DNA of 54,050 nucleotides from Octopus bimaculoides (GCF_001194135.2 NC_068985.1:32755351-32809400); one strand, 5' to 3'. Shown: positions 34,965 to 49,348, counted from the first letter of the stretch. The notes: generated by a model not told the origin, from the sequence alone. Numbers and translations are program-made.

Positions 34965-36154
34965 TTATAAATATATATTTTCTCTATATTGTATATATTC
35001 AGGTACATTCTGTTTGGTTGCTTAATTCATATAGATATAAAATCATAGCACCAACCACCTATTAGGTCATTGTGTACTCTCAGTGATTAAACATCTCATT
35101 TAGATCAAAATCTTATGCTAAGAAGGTTGCTATGCATGACTATGTATCACCTGGCATGTATTTATGCCTCCTACCTTATTGTATTCCCATAAGAAAGCTC
35201 TCCTAAGTTACTTTTAACTACTTTTTAGAGACTTTTTATTTCTCAACATAAAATAACCACTTCATTCCTTTGTTTGTTCTTATTGTTTTAAATAACATCC
35301 ACTTGTGTTGTCAAGAAGTATAATATATTGCGTGGCTAAACAATCAACACTCCTTAGTTCACCAGCAGCTGATGAAGTGGATAGTCACTGATTTAACTAG
35401 ATATCCTGTTTGCAGTAATTATTTCATGTTTTCTTTTGGTTTTATATTTAAGGTTTATTCTTTTTTTTTTTTTTAATTGACATGAATATCAAGTCATAGT
35501 GTTAACTGTCTGCTTAGTTGAGCTCTCTTGATAATTAGATATCTCACATGAACTAAAATTGTACTGCTTTAGTTCATATGCATCTATCTACTATACATAT
35601 ATATGTGTTTATGTATATATTTATGTGTGTGTATGTGTATATATGTATGTGTGTGTGTATATATATNNNNNNNNNNNNNNNNNNNNNNNNNNNNNNNNNN
35701 NNNNNNNNNNNNNNNNNNNNNNNNNNNNNNNNNNNNNNNNNNNNNNNNNNNNNNNNNNNNNNNNNNNNNNNNNNNNNNNNNNNNNNNNNNNNNNNNNNNN
35801 NNNNNNNNNNNNNNNNNNNNNNNNNNNNNNNNNNNNNNNNNNNNNNNNNNNNNNNNNNNNNNNNNNNNNNNNNNNNNNNNNNNNNNNNNNNNNNNNNNNN
35901 NNNNNNNNNNNNNNNNNNNNNNNNNNNNNNNNNNNNNNNNNNNNNNNNNNNNNNNNNNNNNNNNNNNNNNNNNNNNNNNNNNNNNNNNNNNNNNNNNNNN
36001 NNNNNNNNNNNNNNNNNNNNNNNNNNNNNNNNNNNNNNNNNNNNNNNNNNNNNNNNNNNNNNNNNNNNNNNNNNNNNNNNNNNNNNNNNNNNNNNNNNNN
36101 NNNNNNNNNNNNNNNNNNNNNNNNNNNNNNNNNNNNNNNNNNNNNNNNNNNNNN

Positions 36155-36213
<59 letters not shown>

Positions 36214-37173
36214 TACCTCAATCAAATACATTAATATGATCTGTTTCAAAAATATTTGAAAAAGTTTTATAGAAAATTAGGAATCAATGAAATGCATTAA
36301 ACGAGGTATATTATAAAAGTAAGAAGAAAAAAAGATTTTTAGCAAATTACATAATTCGAAACTAATTAAAGATTTCCAAGATCACACATTCACAAGAAAT
36401 ATCAAAAATGGACACTCAAGTAAACACACCTAAAGTTATACCTATACAGACACAAAGTTATACCCATCACACCATACACACATATACAAACATACATACC
36501 TACACACACATGCACTGACATAATTACACACAAGCACATACCTTCATGTATGCACACATACCTACACATACATGTATGCACATAGCTACATGCACATGCA
36601 CACACCCACATACATGCACATCTACATATGTGTATACTCACCTACATACATACCTATGCATATACATACCTACACACATTCACACACCTATGCATACATG
36701 CATACACCTACACATACGCCTACATACACACCTACACATACATACTTATACACATATACAAGCACAATAAATACATTACACCTCATTTTATAATTTATTA
36801 ATATACATTAATAAACAAATGTACTTGCATGCAAACAGAAATTTGGTACCATATTTTTTTTATGATTAATATATGTATGTGCACACATACAAACATATAC
36901 ACATACTCACATACATGTGCACACGTACATTTATGTATTTGACATTTATAAAAATTGTGAAAAGAAAATTTGAAAAAACCTAAGTGCAGGAACTAATTTT
37001 TAAAAAAGATATAAGGTGGGAAGATAAAAAAATAATAAAATGAAGAGTTTAACCTCTCAGCTTTTTTTTTAATATCTGAAACTTCTTTCTCTCTTAATGG
37101 ATGTTACATCAGTTTTAACAATGAGTATTCTGATTGTTTGATTAACAGAACAACCAACTCATTGGCTCAGATC

Positions 37174-37399
37174 TTAACTCTTTAGCATTCACATTACTCT
37201 GTCAAATGTAATGCTTATTTATTCACATTGTCCTGAATTAACCATGCACTATCTTAGATATTTGAGATTTTGACAATGTGATTGTTTTAATAGAATGACC
37301 TTTTAGAGTAGATGTGAAAGGCTGGATCTGGCCAGTTTGAACATAAGACAAGTAGAACATTTGGGCCAGATATGACCAGTTTAACTGCTAATGGGTTAA
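37174..37399. mobile_element. piggyBac-type MITE (TTAA-flanked)
   Basis: TTAA-ctctttagca...tgctaatggg-TTAA; internal sequence homologous to 13519-13740 (gctggatctgg.cagtttgaacataagaca). Confidence 0.7.
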
Positions 37400-38726
37400 G
37401 TAGTTGAATATTACACATAAACATATATCCTTAATGTAATCTTCAGGGAGAATCAGTATGAAAAAATGTATAATAAAGCAAACCCTTGATTTACAAGAAC
37501 AGTCTCTCTATCTGGTTTACATACAAATTCCACCTATACAGCTTTGAGGCAATGGCAGAAGACACTTGCTAAGGTGCTATGTAATGGAATCAAACAAGGA
37601 ACTTATGATTAGGAAGTAAATTTATTAACCAATTGGCCATACCTACACCCTTGAAACTTTTCTGTCTCTTTCTTCCACCATTTTTTTGTCTCCTTTATGT
37701 TATCCATGCATGTAATATTGTAACACTTACTATAAGAAGTGCCCATCAATGCCACATGTGTACAAAAGAATGTAGGTCCCTAACAAGATTGAAAATCCAC
37801 ATCCATGCTGTTCATTAAAACAATGGACAATAAAAACCATATTTACTTGTGAAACAAAAAAATTAATGATAAACAGATCTGAAACAATGCAAAACAGCCA
37901 GAAATAACTTCAAGAGTGAAACAGGTTAAGCCTTTGTAAAAAGAAAATGAATGACTACATATTGTCCCATACAACAATATCTGGCCAGTTGTGTTTTAAC
38001 TTGCTGGCTGTTTTAATTTTAAGTTCTACCAATTTTCTTTTGAACAATTGGTCTCAAATAGTCAACTTCATCTGTACGTGTTTTCTTGCCATTGCATCTT
38101 CCTCATGTGAAGATAGTATCTGGAAAACATTCTCTCGCAGTTGACAATAATGTGGTTGATGTCTTCAGTCTTGGTTTTGCGCAGCAGACATTTGTTGTCT
38201 ATCAATGTTTTCTGCCTTTTATGCTGTAGGTACTTGCTGGAGATCTCTCATTCTTGAATTGCATAGAAGTGGCCTTTGGAGAGGGATGTCATAAACTTGC
38301 CAGTATTCCATGCGAAACTTTTGATATGATCAACCCCTTCTATGGTTTGTGTTTTTTATGCCAAGTACCCGTGTGAACTGGTTTGTTTTTTTATTTTGTT
38401 CTTTTGATAAATAGATTTTACCAATGCTCCTTGGAGAGAGATCTATATTAGCTCTTGTTTCACACCTCTCCTCAAGTTCTTTAGCTTTTCTAATTATGTT
38501 GTTGATTTTATGGTCACAAACTTGGGCAATATAGTTACTGGCCCTTTTCCTCTGCTGCAGATGTTGTTTCAGTGTTACAATATGTGATTCATATGATATC
38601 AATACAGATCTGAGACTACAGCCACCATGTTTGCATATAGCCTGTCTACATCTCTATTGATGTTGAAGTTTCCTGTAACACTGAACAGCTTGCAAGTTTG
38701 AACGGCTATCTAATTGAGTTCTTATT

Positions 38727-38938
38727 TCTTTACTGCCCACAAGGGGCTACGCACAGAGGGGACAAACAGATTAAGTCGATTATATCGACCCCAGTGCGTA
38801 ACTGGTACTTATTTAATCGACCCTGAAAGGATGAAAGGTAAAGTCGACCTTGGCAGAATTTGAACTCAGAACGTAGCGGCAGACGAAATACTGCTAAGCA
38901 TTTCGCCCGGCGTGCTAACGTTTCTGCCAGCTCACCAC
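38727..38938 (-). mobile_element. tRNA-derived SINE family B, full length, CpG-rich (young)
   Basis: Minus strand gagctggcagaaacgttagcacgccgggcgaaatgcttagc...ttctgagttcaaattctgcc...ccccttgtgggcagtaaaga; many CpGs retained. Confidence 0.85.
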
Positions 38939-39361
38939 CTTGGGTTCTTGTAGAGATTAACTCAGAAAGCCAAACATAGGTATGAGCACAGGCACTGCAA
39001 AGTGTTGTGGGCAATATGCTTGTTGTAAGCTGAGAGTTCTGATTATCATATTCTCTTTTCTCTCCTGAGGTATTTATTCCTGGTCCCTTCCTTATTTACA
39101 GGTCCATCATATCTGGCATTCTCATCCTGTCCAAGAGATCTCTAATTGTCACCTGACTGTTGAGGTTGTATTGTGAAGCCATTCATTTTTAGGTTTTCAG
39201 AGGAGGGCACAACATTTCCATGTTCTGTTGTTAAAAAATACACATTTGGACTCACCAACTTTCATTCCAATGTCTGTAGAAAACTGGGTTATAAGGTCAA
39301 ATTGTTTTTTATGTTGTTGACATTTAGCTCATACAGTTTCAGGTTGTTACTCTCTCTCTTT

Positions 39362-39470
39362 ACTTTTTTACTTGTTTCAGTCATTTGACTGCGGCCATGC
39401 TGGAGCACCACCTTTAGTCGAGCAAATCGACCCCAGGACTTATTCTTTGTAAGCCTAGTACTTATTCTAT
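39362..39470 (-). mobile_element. SINE family A 3' end (5'-truncated, young)
   Basis: ttttacttgtttcagtcatttgactgcggccatgctggagcaccacctttagtcgagcaaatcgaccccaggacttattc. Confidence 0.85.
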
Positions 39471-40664
39471 TACTACACAGCCACTGTTGTCAAAGAAAAT
39501 ATGGGAGATACTTCTGCATTCATTTCTATGGCTACTATGTTTTGTGAGCAGGTATGATAGTGGGTTTAATGAGAAGGTGAAGAGCAACATCGACAGACTA
39601 TCACCCTGAAAGATGCCATTTGTGGTAGTGAATGCTTTCAGACTCAATTTACTCATTTTCACTCCTAACGAGCAAAGTAGTGTACCAAATCTTGGTCAGG
39701 AATTCAATAGCACTCACTAGTGGTTGTGGGATTTTGGATAACTGTGAAGCCTTGATAATCCACCCATATTGTCATACTGTCAAAAGCCTTCAGGTAATCC
39801 AGCCATACTATAGTTAAGCACCTGTGATTTCTGTTTTTTCCTGATTCATTTTGCTAATCAGTCGCTGCTGTGTGCAGCCCCACACCTCCTTCTTTCCTTC
39901 AGCTTGTACAGGTGTTATAATGATCCTGCAAAAATAGACTGAGGCACCCATTGTATAATTTGTACACGATGTTCAGATAGGCTATTGGGAAGTAATTTTT
40001 AGCAAGGGTGGCTTGGCTATTTTTTGTGGAGAATAGTTGCAGTTGACAACCATTGATGCAGTTCTTGTGTGCCTTTGATATTTTCTCCATACAACTGTTT
40101 GAGATCAGGCTGATAAAAGGTGAAATTCTTCAGCCAGTAACCTGTAAAGGGGTCTGGGTTGGGGAAATTTCCTGTTTGACATTTTATGTAGAACTGTTCC
40201 AGTATTTTGTCATCTATTTCATATTGATTTTTCTGGACATATTGGCAGTAGTTCTGCTCCAGTTCTTTTTGCCATACAGCTTGTTTGTTAGATTCATTAT
40301 TTGTTTCTTGCACAGATCTCCTCAAGCTGATCTTTTGTGGGGATGTTTCTTACAGAAATTGAACCTTTCACAATGAAGCTGCAATAAACTGACTTGGGAT
40401 CTCTGGCAAATAATTTATTGAGCATTTGCTGTTTGCATACTGTAGATTTATATTTCAGTCTTTCAGCTGTAGTTGTGTGAGTTGTTGTTTTGGCTGGTGC
40501 AGTTTGGAGTTTGCATTTTTTAATCCTGTATCACCTCTAATTCTTTTCTGAGGTCTTCCTGATGTTGTGTGAAGTTATTCTTTGTGTTACATTTTATTGC
40601 AACAATAATCTATAAAACACTTTTTGTGGGATGTATGTATGTGTCAATGTATCTCTGTGTATAT

Positions 40665-40818
40665 CATCATCATCACCACCACCACCACCACCGCCACCGC
40701 CGCTGCCATCGTTGTCGTCGTCATTGTCGTCATCGTCGTTTAACGTTCGTTTTCCATGCTGGCATGGGCTGGACGGTTTGACTGGGGACTGGCAAGCCAG
40801 GAGGCTGCACCAGGCTCC
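40665..40818 (-). mobile_element. RTE-type 3' tail copy with an expanded (GAT/GGT)n
   Basis: tttaacgttcgttttccatgctggcatgggctggacggtttgactgg...caccaggctcca matches the reverse complement of 10085-10170. Similar tails lie at ~33663-33730, ~41060-41165 (+) and ~47060-47170. Confidence 0.8.
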
Positions 40819-40896
40819 ATATATATATATATGTACACACACACACACACACACATATATACATACATATGTATATATTTGTGTGTGTGTGTGTTC

Positions 40897-40927
<31 letters not shown>

Positions 40928-42389
40928 TGTGTTTTTGTGTATGTATGAGAGTTTGACTTTCCTTTTCTTGATGTCACTGTCATGAAAATGGGTGTTTTGT
41001 TTCTAATCTCCCAAGAAAATATGTCAGGCCATAGGGAAATATTAACCTGCTTGGAAACAGGTGCAGTTTGGCACCAGAAAGAGCATCAGGTTGTAGAAAA
41101 TCTGCCTCAATGAATTCTGTGTGACCTAATGAAGCATGTTAAAATAGATGTTAAATGGTGATGATGACAACAATGCTGGCACTGCCACCATTGCCACTGC
41201 TACTGGTGATGACAACGATGATGACAATGATGATAATAATGATGTGGCTGCTGTAGATGATGATGATGATGATAGTGGTGGTAATGATGATGATGATATA
41301 AAATTCAAAATGCAATTACTGTTGTGAAGAAAAGATAAAGTGATCAAGTAAAATTCTAAAGAGATGTTGATAGATATAGCTGTTTGATCTTTCATTTCTA
41401 TTTTGTTTTGATGAACATCTAAACATTTTCTAATGGAAACAAATCTAAAAGGTAGTAACAATTATATTTAACTGTTCTTACTGAAATTTCTTTCATGAAG
41501 ACAGGCAAAGTGTTGGATCAATATCATTGATTCAGAGTCAGATAATGTGGTATGATGCTTATCTCAAGCATATGTTGTCTTATGTGTGTATGTGTGTTTG
41601 TATGTGTGTAGAGTATTATATTTCTCATAGTATTATTATACATTCCTCATGACATTCATCATCTTCTTATTCATTATTACCAACATATCAACTACCACAA
41701 GCCTTTACTAGGGCTTTTACTACAGTCTGCTCCTGTTCCAAGAATTTAAATCAGCTCCCTTCTCTGAGGGTAACATGATATATTGATGTGCTGCTCTTTA
41801 CTGTATTTTCCACAGTATAATGTTATTGGTGTTTTCATGGCACATCCCCTGCATATTGCCAGGATAGGTATTGTTATTATTTAACCCCAGGTTAGCCCTG
41901 ATTGAGCAAACTGATGATCAAAGACTTTATGTAATCATCCCGTATTTTTGTATATGTAAGAATTCATTAACAATGTGATCTTCTTTAAGATGATAAAGGA
42001 TGAAGAGATAGAGATTTGGTTATGACTTTTAGCAGATAGATTTTTTAAACTTACGACCTTGTTAGAATCTTCTTGAGAACTGCATATTACCAGTCATCCT
42101 GGTCCCTTGTCATCTTCTCCATGAGGTTCAAGGTCCTGAAGGCTTCATCACTTCATCCCATGTTTTCCTGGGTCTCTCTTTTCTACAAGCTCCATATGTA
42201 TTTAGTGATTGGCTCTTCTTCATTCAGCTATACTCATCTATTCACATCACCTGTCCAAACTAACACAATCTTCTTTCTTGCATACTACATCTGATTCCTC
42301 TTATGCCCAATTTTTCTTTCAGCACATTTGTACTGTTCATGCATACTTGCATTGTACATCCAACAGAGTATGCCCACTTCATTTCCTTC

Positions 42390-44300
42390 TAGTCTTCTCA
42401 GGTTCTTTTTCATTCAAGGCCCACGTCTCACTATCATATAGCATCACAGTTCTAACACAAGTATCATACAATCTGCTCCTCACTCTGAGGGAAAGACCTT
42501 TGTTGCCAGCTGTTGTAGTAGCTCACTGCACATTTTCCACTCTGTTCTGACCCTGGTAGCAATACTTTCAGACCAACCACCTTTACCTATTAAATACATC
42601 TCTTAGGTAACAAATGCTATTGACTACTTTTATTAAACTATCTGGACATTTAAGAGAGTCTCTCTATGGTGTGTTCATAATATGTGCATCTGTCACATGT
42701 GAAGCTAAGTTCTCAGTTTGTCTTCCAGTAATTCTACTACATCTCTTGTGTGTCCATAATTTACATTGGGTACCGCATATGGAGTGTATACATATCTCTT
42801 TTCGGCATCTCCTGCAAGGTTATTTCGATGAAGATACCGGGATCATGTCTTTCTTCATACTTACTAAAACCTTAGTTTTTACTCAGTTTACCTTGACGCC
42901 TTTTGATTCTAGGTTTAGTTTCCCTGTCTGGAATTTCCTCTGTCATTCCCTTATAGATTCAACTATGGGAATTAGATCATCAGCATGTATGAGTTCTTAT
43001 TGATAGTCAGTCTTAAACTCTTCTGTGATGGCTTGTAGTACTATGATGAATGGGAGAAAACTGAGGGATGAACCTTGATGAATGACCTTTATACTGAATT
43101 CATCACTGAAATTATTGCTGACTCTCACTTGCGGCATCTATGTTCATATTTTGTACAGCTCTCACAAGCCAGTCATCTACATCTAGTTTCCTCTACATTT
43201 AGTTTCCTCTACATCTAGTTTCCTAAGAGACCACCAAATTACTGAATGCAGAACTTTGTCAAATGCCTTCTGTAAATAGTGGTTAGGGATAGTGGTTTAT
43301 TCTTAGCCAAGCATTTCTCCTGCAGTTGCCTCACTAGAAAGATTGTATCTGTAGTACTGTTTCTGGGTATGAAGTCATCCAGGACTACTCTATCACATCA
43401 AATGCACTATGATACTCTTTGTGACCTCATAATCTGATCCAGTAGTCTGATTCCTCTATAATTTCCTCTCCTTAAGACATCTCTTTTGCCATTGTAACAG
43501 TTTATGATGATACTGCTATACCAGTCATTGGGTAAGATGCCTTTCTATGTAACATGATTTACTATCTGGTTGGTTATCATGTATCCTATCTAAGTAGATA
43601 TTTTGAACATCTCTGCATCTTTCCTTGATGGACATGCTGCTTTTCCTCTCTTCATGTCCTTAATTTCTGTATCTACCATCTTGCTGTCTACTCAAGTTGC
43701 TGGTCCTTCTGTAGGATTAGCATGAAGTGGTTCCTCTTTATCCCATGTATTCTCTATGTTCAGCAGCCACCTCCATGATAGCATTTCCACACTACTTTCT
43801 TGTTTTCTCTGTCTGTAGTGACTATACCTTCCTCATTCCAAATTCACCTCTTGCCAATGATGTCTTGGTTCTCTCTCACACATTGGCTCACAATTCTGAA
43901 CACCTTAAGCTTCCTATCTTCATATTGTAGGATATGTGATATGTACAAACCTCTTCCTTTCTGACTCACCCTTCACCAAATATATCAGTCATCCAGCTGT
44001 TCTTCTAGCCATTTGATAATACTTCCCACTACTACCTCCTTCCAGGTTTTCCAAGCCTGTCTCTTAACCCTTATCTTATCAACTATGTTATTTCATTACC
44101 ACATTACCTTTGGTTTGACGGGGACTTTGTTCCAGTTGCATATCTGATCTGTAGTCCTAAGCAGGTTATTTTAGAAATTCTCAGTTATCATCTATACAGC
44201 AGGTATCTATATCTTTTTCCCTGCAGTCATATCAGACTTTCTCTAAACTTATTCTCAACTGTGAGATCTTAGTTTCCATATCTTCCTTCCCCACACCATC
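42390..44300 (-). mobile_element. Long decayed RTE LINE segment (RT with a Cys-rich insertion)
   Basis: IHQGSSLSFLPFIIVLQAITE; ELIHADDL; LESKGVKVN*VKTKVL; PCRRCRK..CGTQCKLWTHKRCS; GRSFPQSEEQ/YDTCVRTV..SETWAL. Fragmented. Confidence 0.8.
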
Positions 44301-45004
44301 TTCTGTTTCTGCATCTGTTTAACTCTGATGTAAGATATATAGACACATACATGTACATGCAAGCAAATAAATTCATACATAGTTACAAATATATATACAG
44401 TAATGTATGAAATTCAACCAAAATTTTACTTTATTTATGATAATGCAACCAATTTTACATATTGTTCAAAACCTTTGCTTGATTACATCTTTCAAAGAGA
44501 CTGCTTAGCTAAATGGATAAAATGCTGGCTAAATAGATAAAATTCAAGACTGAGGTATTTTATTTGGTTTCTGGACAAGACATTTTGTTCTAAATTGCTA
44601 CTGTTTAATCATAGAAAGGTCAATAAAACTGATTGTTTATTGATACAAATAGTTAAAGGAATGAAGTAAATTTTCTGCCACGAGGAAGTATGATCATCAT
44701 TAGTTTTACTGGATTTTACTGTTTGAAATAGGCACATATTAATTCAACTCTGTTTTCTCAGTTGCTTTCCTTTCCACATCCGAAATCACTTCCATTTTCC
44801 ACTATCTCCACCCTATCCCCACCAGTCACCTCCTTTCTGCACCTTCTCTCTCCTGTGCTGTTCTCCATCATTAACACCTCACTTATCTGCTATCACCCTC
44901 GATGCCCTCACATATCTACTGCAACCCTCAAACTCCCAAGCTTCTCCTATATCTGTCTCCATCATTTACTACATTCTGTTTTTGTTGTTGTTTAACCCCT
45001 GAAG

Positions 45005-45290
45005 GCACAAGGTTAAGTGGGTAGGGTATTCAGCTTATGATCATAAGGTCATGAGTTCAATTCCCAGCGGTGGGTTGTGTCCTAGAGCAAGACACTTTAT
45101 TTTGCATTGCTCCAGTCTACTCAGTTGGCAAGAATGAGTTGTACACACAATTTAAAGGACCAGCCTCACCACATTCTGTGCCACACTGAATTTCCCTGAG
45201 AACTACATTATGGGTATGTATGTTTGTGGAGTACTCAGTCACTTGCACATTACTTTCATAGGATCAATTGGAATCCTTGTTGTAAGAAAT
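45005..45290 (+). mobile_element. tRNA-derived SINE with a CORE-like block
   Basis: ggttaagtgggtagggtattcagc..gagttcaattccc..gtgtcctagagcaagacactttattt..ttgctccagtctactcagttggcaagaatgagt. Confidence 0.72.
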
Positions 45291-48174
45291 ATAGTGCAGT
45301 TAACCCCAGATGATCCCTAATTCAGAAGACTTATCAAATGTATGCCAGTCATATCTAAGCCTATCTTTTTCTCGGCATAGTGTAACAAGGGTTACGTTAT
45401 GCAATGTCTCCTTCCTTTATCAAAGCAACAGTTAGTGATGTTTTAGGATATTTAGTTGCTATTTCTACTATAAAAGCATCTGTTCCTTGGAGCTGGCTGA
45501 TGCCATACCTTTAACATTCAAGCATCCCCAACTGAAACATCCCACCACTTCTTATCACTCCTCACAAAGCACTGTGTCTAGTACCTCCTTCCTTTCTAAA
45601 ACACTGCATTCTGGAATCTTCTCCTTGCTCGTGTCTTTTCTGTAGGAGTTGACCTGTAACACTTTAAATAGAACATTAATGGCTTCAAGCTTATTGGGGG
45701 AGTCTCAGAGGGCCTGCAAAGGTCATGGATTTGCTTCTTTCTCAAAACTCAGAAAGAAAAAAGAAGAAAAACGGTAGAGCAACCATGCAAACACTTCTGG
45801 TTAGGTTGTGGGTTTAAGTGTTGTTCTTAATGACTAACACACCTATACATGTAGCCATCTGATATCTAAGAATGATTAGCATAAAATTAATGCCGCTTTT
45901 ATCATCTGCTCAATCAGTTTTAGAATCAAAGCAAATTAAATTAGTAAATTTATTTTGTATATTTACTTATTTATATTTTTAATGGCTTGTCTGTCTTTTA
46001 ATGCAAATTATGGTTTCTCCATTTACATATAGACTTCAAGATGTTGATATTTATAAATTAATATTATTGGAATTTGATATCAAATTATAAAAATCTTAAA
46101 AAATAATCAACAAATTTGTTTTTGATAAGGTTATGAATTAAAAGCAAACATTTGTTTCAATTTTGTTGATTTTATTTCCTTCCTTACTTTTTTCATTTAT
46201 TTTCTACTTGTTCAACCCTCCTCCTCCTCCTCCTCCCCATCATCATCATCATCATCATCATCACCACAACGACCACCACCACGACGACCACCACCACCAC
46301 CACCACCCTCCCCCTCTTCCTCCCCTCTTCTTCTTCTTCTTCTTCTTCTTCTTTTTCTTCTTCTTCTTCTTCTTCTTCTTCTTCTTNNNNNNNNNNTTCT
46401 TCTTCTTCTTCTTCTTCTTCTTCTTCTTCTTCTTCTTCTTCTTCTTCTTCTTCTTCTTCTTCTTCTTCTCCATCATCATCATTGTTGTAGTCATTGTCAT
46501 TGCTGTCGTCATCGTCATTGTCACCATTATCATTGCCACCACTACCTTTCTTCCTTCCCCTCCTCCTATCACATTACTTATATCCTTCTATTAGCTTCAA
46601 ATCTTTTGAAGTCAAACTTAAGAAATTGTCTATAGAACAGAAACACTTTCAGTCTTCTAACTCATAGTATAGATAAACTTAAACTGTGCATTAGCCTTTT
46701 CTAAACACTCAGTGAGACAAAGGCTGGCAGAAAGATTAAACTAAACAGCAAGAATAAATTGTTAGTTTACTATCAGCTTATCACTGACAGTGACTGAAGT
46801 GATAAAAACAGAGTTGCCTTACAAGCTGAAAACAAATCAAAGGTAAATTTAGCAAACAAATTACTAGAATCTATCTTTTATAGTCTGGCTGACACATCAT
46901 GAACAAACACAGCAGTTTAGGAACAATATGCCAAAATTATTGAAGATAACTAAAATATTTATAAATTGTTTCAGTTATGTGTACCAAATATTTGCATAGA
47001 AGTTATGACCTTTACAGGAATGTCTGTCCAAGCATATCATACCACATGCTAATCACCACTGCCACCACCACCATCATCTTCATTTTACATTCATTTTGGA
47101 TGAGTGTCACAATGTCTTTGGTACATTCTATGGATGGATGCCTTTCCCATTACCAACCACTTGATAGCATGGAATAGATGTAATTCATTGTGCCATTAGC
47201 TCTAAGATGTTTCAGCCAGGGAAGAAGAGTTCCATCCTGCATCAGTTTCTTTTTATTTTTACAATTAGAGTTACTGATCTCTAAGACAGGTTACCTGCAT
47301 GCAACTTATAGAATCCATATTTTTATGTTCATTCTTTTTTTTCTTGGAGGTGATGTGGGGAGTGGCTGGGTGAGTGGGGAATTAACATAACTTTTATAGG
47401 TGATATGTATCTTCTCTACATACAATTCATTCAACAAAATAACAGAAAACACACTGGTACTTAACTAACACCTGCCAATATGAGGCTAATAACTCATGCA
47501 ATTCATCTAAAATCCTTGTGTTATGTTGTTCCATGTATTGTGGTATTGGTCTCTGAGCAGGTGTGTAATGTATTGATTCTGTCAACTTTTTTGTTTTGAT
47601 CTCATTCTCACTGCTAGCCTGCATGTCAAAGCTTTGATGGGCTACCTTATTTTACAGTCCTGTTGTTACACTGCAAAAATTCAGTCCAGTCATTTGTGAA
47701 GCACCATAAAAATGTACGGTTTATTACTTTAAATGGTGGGTTATGACTAATTTACAAATGTTTCAAACATTGGAATACTGATATCAAATCTATTCATGAA
47801 GTAAATTGGAATAATGTTAACTCCACTTTGTTTGGCCCACAAGCTCTCAGATAAAAGCTTCTGTTGGACCCTGTGACATGAAGTATTTCCTGACAGACAT
47901 CTTAACCCTGTAGTATTTAAACCCTGTAGCGTTTAAACATGAAATTGATGAATGTCAATATAATTACATATATTATAACTGAAGAAATATTTGCGGTAAT
48001 ATAAGAGAAATGAGTTAAAAATTGTTTGGTATGTGTCACAGCACCTTTTCTTTCATGTGCTCACTCCCTCTAATTTTAGAACCTGGTTTCACTACTATCT
48101 TGACCTATTAGATGAAGCAGCCAAATCTCCTTCAACTCATACTCTACTCTTGGGAAAGGAAAGGTAGTCTAGAT

Positions 48175-48456
48175 CAGGGTTTTTCAAACTGTGGTCCGCG
48201 AGGACAAGACAGGGGGTCCGTGCAGAGCCAAGCAAGCACATCCTTCTCACTAAGTATGTATTAAAAAAAATTTTGTGTGTATAATTGACAATAAACCTAT
48301 TTGCTAAATACTGTTAAATAAATAAATAAATGTAAAAATATATGTTATTTTAAGCAAATATCTATGTATAAATTTCATAAGCGTTTATAAGGGGGTCCCT
48401 AAGGTAAAGCCTGAAATATAAAGGGTTCCGCAAGTCAAAAAGTTTGAAAACCCCTG
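48175..48456. mobile_element. hAT-Charlie-type MITE (282 bp)
   Basis: TIRs cagggttttcaaact / agtttgaaaacccctg, with a perfect 8-bp TSD GTCTAGAT at 48167-74 and 48457-64 (the Charlie NTCTAGAN target). Confidence 0.93.
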
Positions 48457-48610
48457 GTCTAGATGATATAGTCCCTTAAAACAATTGGAACAATTGACCA
48501 AGGCCTTAACACAAACAGCAACAACAATCTTAACCCCTTACTCTATACAATATATGTGATGTCAAGGATGAAAAAAGACAGAAGTGAAGAGAGAATTACG
48601 GTAGTCTTAC

Positions 48611-48647
48611 CTGTCAGTCCGGAGAAAGGGTCACTTTCAACATCCAT
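48611..48647 (-). CDS. Possible first coding exon portion of an unknown minus-strand gene (MDVESDPFSGLT+G)
   Basis: ATG at 48647-45, 12 codons, then a strong donor CAG|GTAAGA at 48610, inside a non-repetitive GC-richer block (48611-48860). No downstream exon was linked. Confidence 0.22.
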
Positions 48648-49348
48648 GTGCTGTCACAATTTCCAAGGTTCACTCCACGTCTACGTGCGCTTTCCGATGC
48701 TCTACCTTCTCACACGTCTTCTCTGATGTGCTGTTTGCTGCTGACTGACCCTCATGTTTCACTGAATGCCGCATGTCCACAGCAGCACTTCCGGTGGGAT
48801 CTGCAGGCCCCACTTCTGACAGGACATGCTTACTCCCTCACCTCTGATCCTTCCCTACAACACAGCCTGGTTCATAACACCTCAATATAATAAAATATTA
48901 GATTGTATCTTCTACAATGTAATAGTTATGTTGGTGGGACTGTATAAATTTGAACAGCTGGAATATAGTCATCTGAGTTGTTATTACTGCCCCAGGAGGA
49001 TTGAAATGTCAAATCAACTTCACTGGTGTTTGAACTCAGGGCAATAGAAAAACAAATCTGAATAGTGTAAGACATTTAGATTGTGTGTTACAATTTCTGA
49101 CACTCCATAGCATATCAGTTACCCTACTAATCAATACACAGTATTGATTAAGCTATATGATAATATACAGTAGAAGATACTAAATGAGCTATGTGAGACT
49201 TAGTCATTTAAGAAAAGTGGAACCAATAGTTTGAGATGTTTTAAAAACAGTGTTCCATAGAATTGATACCTATTGCTTTCTGTATACACAACTGACAGAC
49301 AGATTTACACTCCTAGAACAGACTGTTTATGTCATTTAAAGTTCTTGC

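Larger units (their letters stand above)
37950..40560 (-). mobile_element. R4/Dong-like (restriction-like endonuclease) non-LTR retrotransposon relic, interrupted by two SINEs
   Basis: PDPFTGYWLKNF, AKNYFPIAYLNIVYKL, GIFQGDSLSMLLFTFSLNPLSYLL, LKLYELN, SELSAYNKHIAHN, AIQE*EISSKY and NKCLLRKTKTEDINHIIVNC (CCHC knuckle), collinear on the minus strand. Confidence 0.8.

Noticed and set aside
47472-47618. 147-bp phase-0 minus-strand exon candidate (ASSENEIKTKK...LLASYWQ)
   Set aside because: The donor (GTGTTA) and acceptor are weak, the phase does not match the 48611 candidate, and I recognise no homology.
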